Source: an uncultured virus (IMG/VR IMGVR_UViG_3300036398_003808)
Taxonomy: Duplodnaviria > Heunggongvirae > Uroviricota > Caudoviricetes
Strand: one strand, 5' to 3'
DNA: 64,000 nt
IMG/VR virus record: IMGVR_UViG_3300036398_003808
In this document: piece after piece, positions 61,185 through 64,000 of the stretch
Position numbering within the stretch: position 1 is the first letter of the stretch
Layout of the letters: every line of letters begins with the position of its first letter
The notes under the pieces: model-generated
Database searches by the model: none
What the model saw: the letters and a program-made list of their open reading frames with translations, nothing else
What the model was told of the DNA's origin: nothing
Program-made: the position numbers and the translations under genes

Positions 61185-62032
61185 GCCATCAGCGACATCT
61201 TCCCGAGCGCCTCCTCCATGTTGAAGTCGCGCCCGTCGAAGTGCAGGTCGCGCTCGGCCGGCAGCTTAAACCGGGGACCACGGATGGTCTCCAGTTCCTT
61301 GAGGCTCACCGTGCCATACTCGACGCATCCGAGGCCGAGGTCGCAGACAGCCCACAACGTGTCTCCGTCGTCCTCGATGCTGCACAGCAGCCACGTCGCC
61401 GAGCCCTCCGGCAGGAAGATCTTGTAGATCGGCTGCGGCTCCTTGCCGACGGCCGCACGCAGCTTCGCCTTCATCGCATCGGTCAGCAGCGACTTGCGCT
61501 CCGGTTCTTTCGGCGCCGCGCGCTCCATCTCCACGGGCTGCCCCAGTGCCGTCAGCAGCTTCTTCTTGAAGTCGTGGTCGGCAATCGCCCGTGTGTCCCT
61601 GACGCTGTCCTTCTTCTCGACGAGCAGCGTCAGGGTGTGACTCCACCCCAGCGTATGCAGCACCAAGTGCTTCTTGAGGTAGTCGATCAGCGCATCGGTG
61701 CCCTCCGCGTTGTAGTCGATGAAGCGTCCGCCCTTGCCGTCCATGACGAACGACAGGCATCCGCCTTCGGCGCGCGCGTGGGACTCGAAGATGGGGCGCG
61801 ACTCCTCGTGGCCGCGCAGCACGATGGCGCCGGCCCTCAGGACTCCCTCCAGTCCGTAGATCTTGCGACCGCGCGGCTCGGAGTAGCACAGCTTCTCGCC
61901 TTGCGACGTCTCAAGCCAGCCTTTGGACACGATGGGTTTGCGGACGTCGCAACCCATCATGCCGCCACCGACGACCAGCAGGGTGAATTTGGACTTTGGC
62001 TTGGATAGGATTTCGATTGCAGGATTTCTCAT
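61181..62032 (-). CDS. Protein with C-terminal DUF2958-like domain
   Basis: KIFLPEGSATWLL..CDLGLGCVEYGTVSLKEL..ERDLHF. Confidence 0.75.
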   Translation of the reverse strand: MRNPAIEILSKPKSKFTLLVVGGGMMGCDVRKPIVSKGWLETSQGEKLCYSEPRGRKIYGLEGVLRAGAIVLRGHEESRPIFESHARAEGGCLSFVMDGKGGRFIDYNAEGTDALIDYLKKHLVLHTLGWSHTLTLLVEKKDSVRDTRAIADHDFKKKLLTALGQPVEMERAAPKEPERKSLLTDAMKAKLRAAVGKEPQPIYKIFLPEGSATWLLCSIEDDGDTLWAVCDLGLGCVEYGTVSLKELETIRGPRFKLPAERDLHFDGRDFNMEEALGKMSLMA

Positions 62033-62307
62033 GGGATTTTGATGAATAGTGTTTTTAGATGCTCCTCGGTGCGTCGGAACGGGTCCGACAGGTCTCCTTC
62101 GTCTGACTGCACCAAGCACCGTTTGCCTTTGTAGGTGCAGAACACCGGATTGAAGTTGCCGATCTGCTCAGCGCGCAGCACGCGCTTGATCGTCTCCACC
62201 TTCTCGTGGTGTCCGTAGTTGCCGGTGATGGCGCCCATGGATTCGCTGCCGTAATCCGTCTGGCCGGGCAGGTAGCGTCGGACCTCGATGGTGTGTTTCT
62301 TCTTCAT
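62029..62307 (-). CDS. Hypothetical protein
   Basis: MKKKHTI start overlaps upstream stop. Confidence 0.65.
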   Translation of the reverse strand: MKKKHTIEVRRYLPGQTDYGSESMGAITGNYGHHEKVETIKRVLRAEQIGNFNPVFCTYKGKRCLVQSDEGDLSDPFRRTEEHLKTLFIKIP

Positions 62308-62915
62308 GCCAGATTGCTGACCCACACCAGCACCTCCTCGTTCCAGCCGTATTTTTCAGCCACTAGGATCTCCAGATACCTCCAGATTTCTTCCGGGATA
62401 CCGGGGCGGTCGGGAATCGACGGGTAGTCCGAACCTTCGCCTTGGCAGAAGGTGAAGAACACGTCCGAAAACTCGTTCGGCTCCTCGCCCTGGTGCCACG
62501 TCGCCGTGCCCTTGTGCGTGAGCCATCGGACGAACTCCGGATTCTCGAACCAGGCCGGCGCGTTGATGCGCAGCAGTTCCATGGAGCCGCTGTAGGAGTC
62601 GACCTTGAGCGCCTCGTCGTCGCACGACTTGTAGCGAGCCAGTCTGCGCGCGAGCGCCAGTAGAGCCGGCGCGTCGCTTTCGAGGCCCGCAGAATCCGGT
62701 ATCGTGTCGAACATCTGCAGACCAAACGCCGGCAGTAGATCGAGTATATCCGTGAATGCCTGCGTCACACACAGGTAGCGCGCGAGCTGGCGCGGATCAT
62801 CCATGGGCGACGCCAACGGCGACCTCTGTATGGCGTCCTCGATGATCGTCGACACCTCGGGCGACACCTGCGCCCATATCTCGTCGAACTCCTGCGGAGT
62901 GAGTAGTGCGCTCAT
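62304..62915 (-). CDS. Hypothetical protein
   Basis: 203 aa; overlap chain. Confidence 0.75.
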   Translation of the reverse strand: MSALLTPQEFDEIWAQVSPEVSTIIEDAIQRSPLASPMDDPRQLARYLCVTQAFTDILDLLPAFGLQMFDTIPDSAGLESDAPALLALARRLARYKSCDDEALKVDSYSGSMELLRINAPAWFENPEFVRWLTHKGTATWHQGEEPNEFSDVFFTFCQGEGSDYPSIPDRPGIPEEIWRYLEILVAEKYGWNEEVLVWVSNLA

Positions 62916-63676
62916 ACGAGTTCAAGCCATCCCGGCTCGGGTATCTGACCGCCCCACGTCCCGCCGATGACGTGCGAGAAGAGCGCGTCATTGCATATCC
63001 AATTGCCGTCCGCGTCCAGCCACTTGACCGCCGGTACGCCGTCGCCGTGGGTCATCGAACTGCCCGCGCATGTCAGGATACGTCCGACATCGAGGTGCTC
63101 GTGGTGTCCCTGGCTTGCGTATGGCGCTATCGGCTTCATGCCGCTGATGTAAGCGCCTTTCTTGATCACGCGGAACTTCGCACCTTTGATGAACAGATCG
63201 CGGTAAGCTTGCAACTCCATTGGTTCAGCTTTTCGGTTGGTCTCGTCCTTCATCGCGCCGCACGCGAGGCGGTTGATCAGTTCGCGGCTTACCGAGCTTC
63301 CAGGCCAGTCGGTGTCGTAGCGCTTCTGTACCGCCTGCAGGAAATCCTCCGGCCCGCTGAACTCAGGCGCGAAGTCGATGGCGTCCACGTAGCGCAGGTC
63401 GACCCGCGCTCCAGTGGTCCGCGGGTCGCGATCCGGAGGCGGAACGAACCCGGGCGGATCTCCGATGTTGAACTGGCTGTCAAACAGATGGTCGGTCTCC
63501 ACCTCCACCCATTTGCCGGCGGCGAAGTCCATGACGGCGAACCAGCCCTGCATCGTCGGCTGCTGCCGGCTCTGCGCGGCGAAGGACTTGTAGTCCGCGC
63601 CAGTCTTCAGCCCTCGCCCTTTCGCCATGCTTGCCGCGTAGCTGTCGTCAATGTCCTCGGTGATCTTAATTCGCAT
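62912..63676 (-). CDS. Hypothetical protein
   Basis: MRIKITED start. Confidence 0.7.
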   Translation of the reverse strand: MRIKITEDIDDSYAASMAKGRGLKTGADYKSFAAQSRQQPTMQGWFAVMDFAAGKWVEVETDHLFDSQFNIGDPPGFVPPPDRDPRTTGARVDLRYVDAIDFAPEFSGPEDFLQAVQKRYDTDWPGSSVSRELINRLACGAMKDETNRKAEPMELQAYRDLFIKGAKFRVIKKGAYISGMKPIAPYASQGHHEHLDVGRILTCAGSSMTHGDGVPAVKWLDADGNWICNDALFSHVIGGTWGGQIPEPGWLELV

Positions 63677-63965
63677 TTGCAGCCTCGTGGATGTTGCGAC
63701 GCGCAGCCTCGGACAGTTTGGGCCAGGCGGCCGCAAGGTCCGAGTCGTATTCCCCGGACGTGACGACGGGCTCCTCGATGGTGCCGTCGCTGCCGTCACC
63801 GCCTAGCGGCTTGGCGTTTCTGGCCTTGTATGCCTCCTCCAGGGTAGCCCACAGTTCGCTGTAGGTGGCGTCCGTGAGTCCGGAGACGCACTCGGCGACT
63901 TCGTCGACGGAGTGATATCGGAGTTTCCCGGGCGGTTGTGTGATGTCGATGTTTCTCATGCTCAT
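63666..63965 (-). CDS. Hypothetical protein
   Basis: 99 aa preceded by a (CACAAT)n leader. Confidence 0.7.
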   Translation of the reverse strand: MSMRNIDITQPPGKLRYHSVDEVAECVSGLTDATYSELWATLEEAYKARNAKPLGGDGSDGTIEEPVVTSGEYDSDLAAAWPKLSEAARRNIHEAANAN

Positions 63966-64000
63966 GCTTGTGATTGTGATTGTGATTGTGATGTTGTTGC

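Noticed and set aside
685..62008. Long plus-strand ORFs (e.g. 685..2997, 25907..27226, 32589..34109, 53611..54996)
   Set aside because: Antisense shadows of high-GC minus-strand genes with no recognisable motifs; the minus strand is already fully tiled by coupled genes
1..64000. Stop-codon reassignment
   Set aside because: Conserved genes (ligase, MTase, RNAP fragment, amidase) are intact under the standard code, and TAA, TAG and TGA all end genes at sensible positions

Overview
A 64 kb segment of a high-GC jumbo-type tailed phage genome. No host housekeeping genes are visible, and essentially all real genes lie on the minus strand, tightly packed with ATGA/GTGA overlaps. Right to left in transcription order: (i) about 27-64 kb holds roughly 75 small early/accessory genes plus a C5 DNA methyltransferase, an NAD-dependent DNA ligase, two GHKL-type ATPases, two sigma-region-4-like HTH proteins, two serine-less acyl-carrier-protein homologues, a deleted MT-A70 remnant and a 132-nt structured intergenic element; (ii) a split RNA polymerase beta' fragment whose catalytic NADFDGD loop is interrupted by a 642-aa LAGLIDADG intein that lacks the canonical N-terminal nucleophile and block-B His and appears to carry its own internal promoter; (iii) two tail-fibre/adhesin genes; (iv) a lysis cassette (amidase, holin- and spanin-like proteins) with a stand-alone PAS-domain gene; (v) four large modular proteins made of enzyme-like cassettes (zincin HExxH, ADP-ribosyltransferase-like, pyrophosphatase-like, GT28 glycosyltransferase) separated by a recurring (E/T)K-x-A motif, which look like protease-processed virion polyproteins. 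Two promoter architectures recur: sigma70-like promoters 6-7 nt upstream of the start codon (leaderless) and a bipartite TGCAATTC-N13-GTCATAA-N4-TTG motif. All calls come from motif recognition by eye; no database searches were run. Many starts were moved from the ORF track using gene overlaps and promoter spacing.
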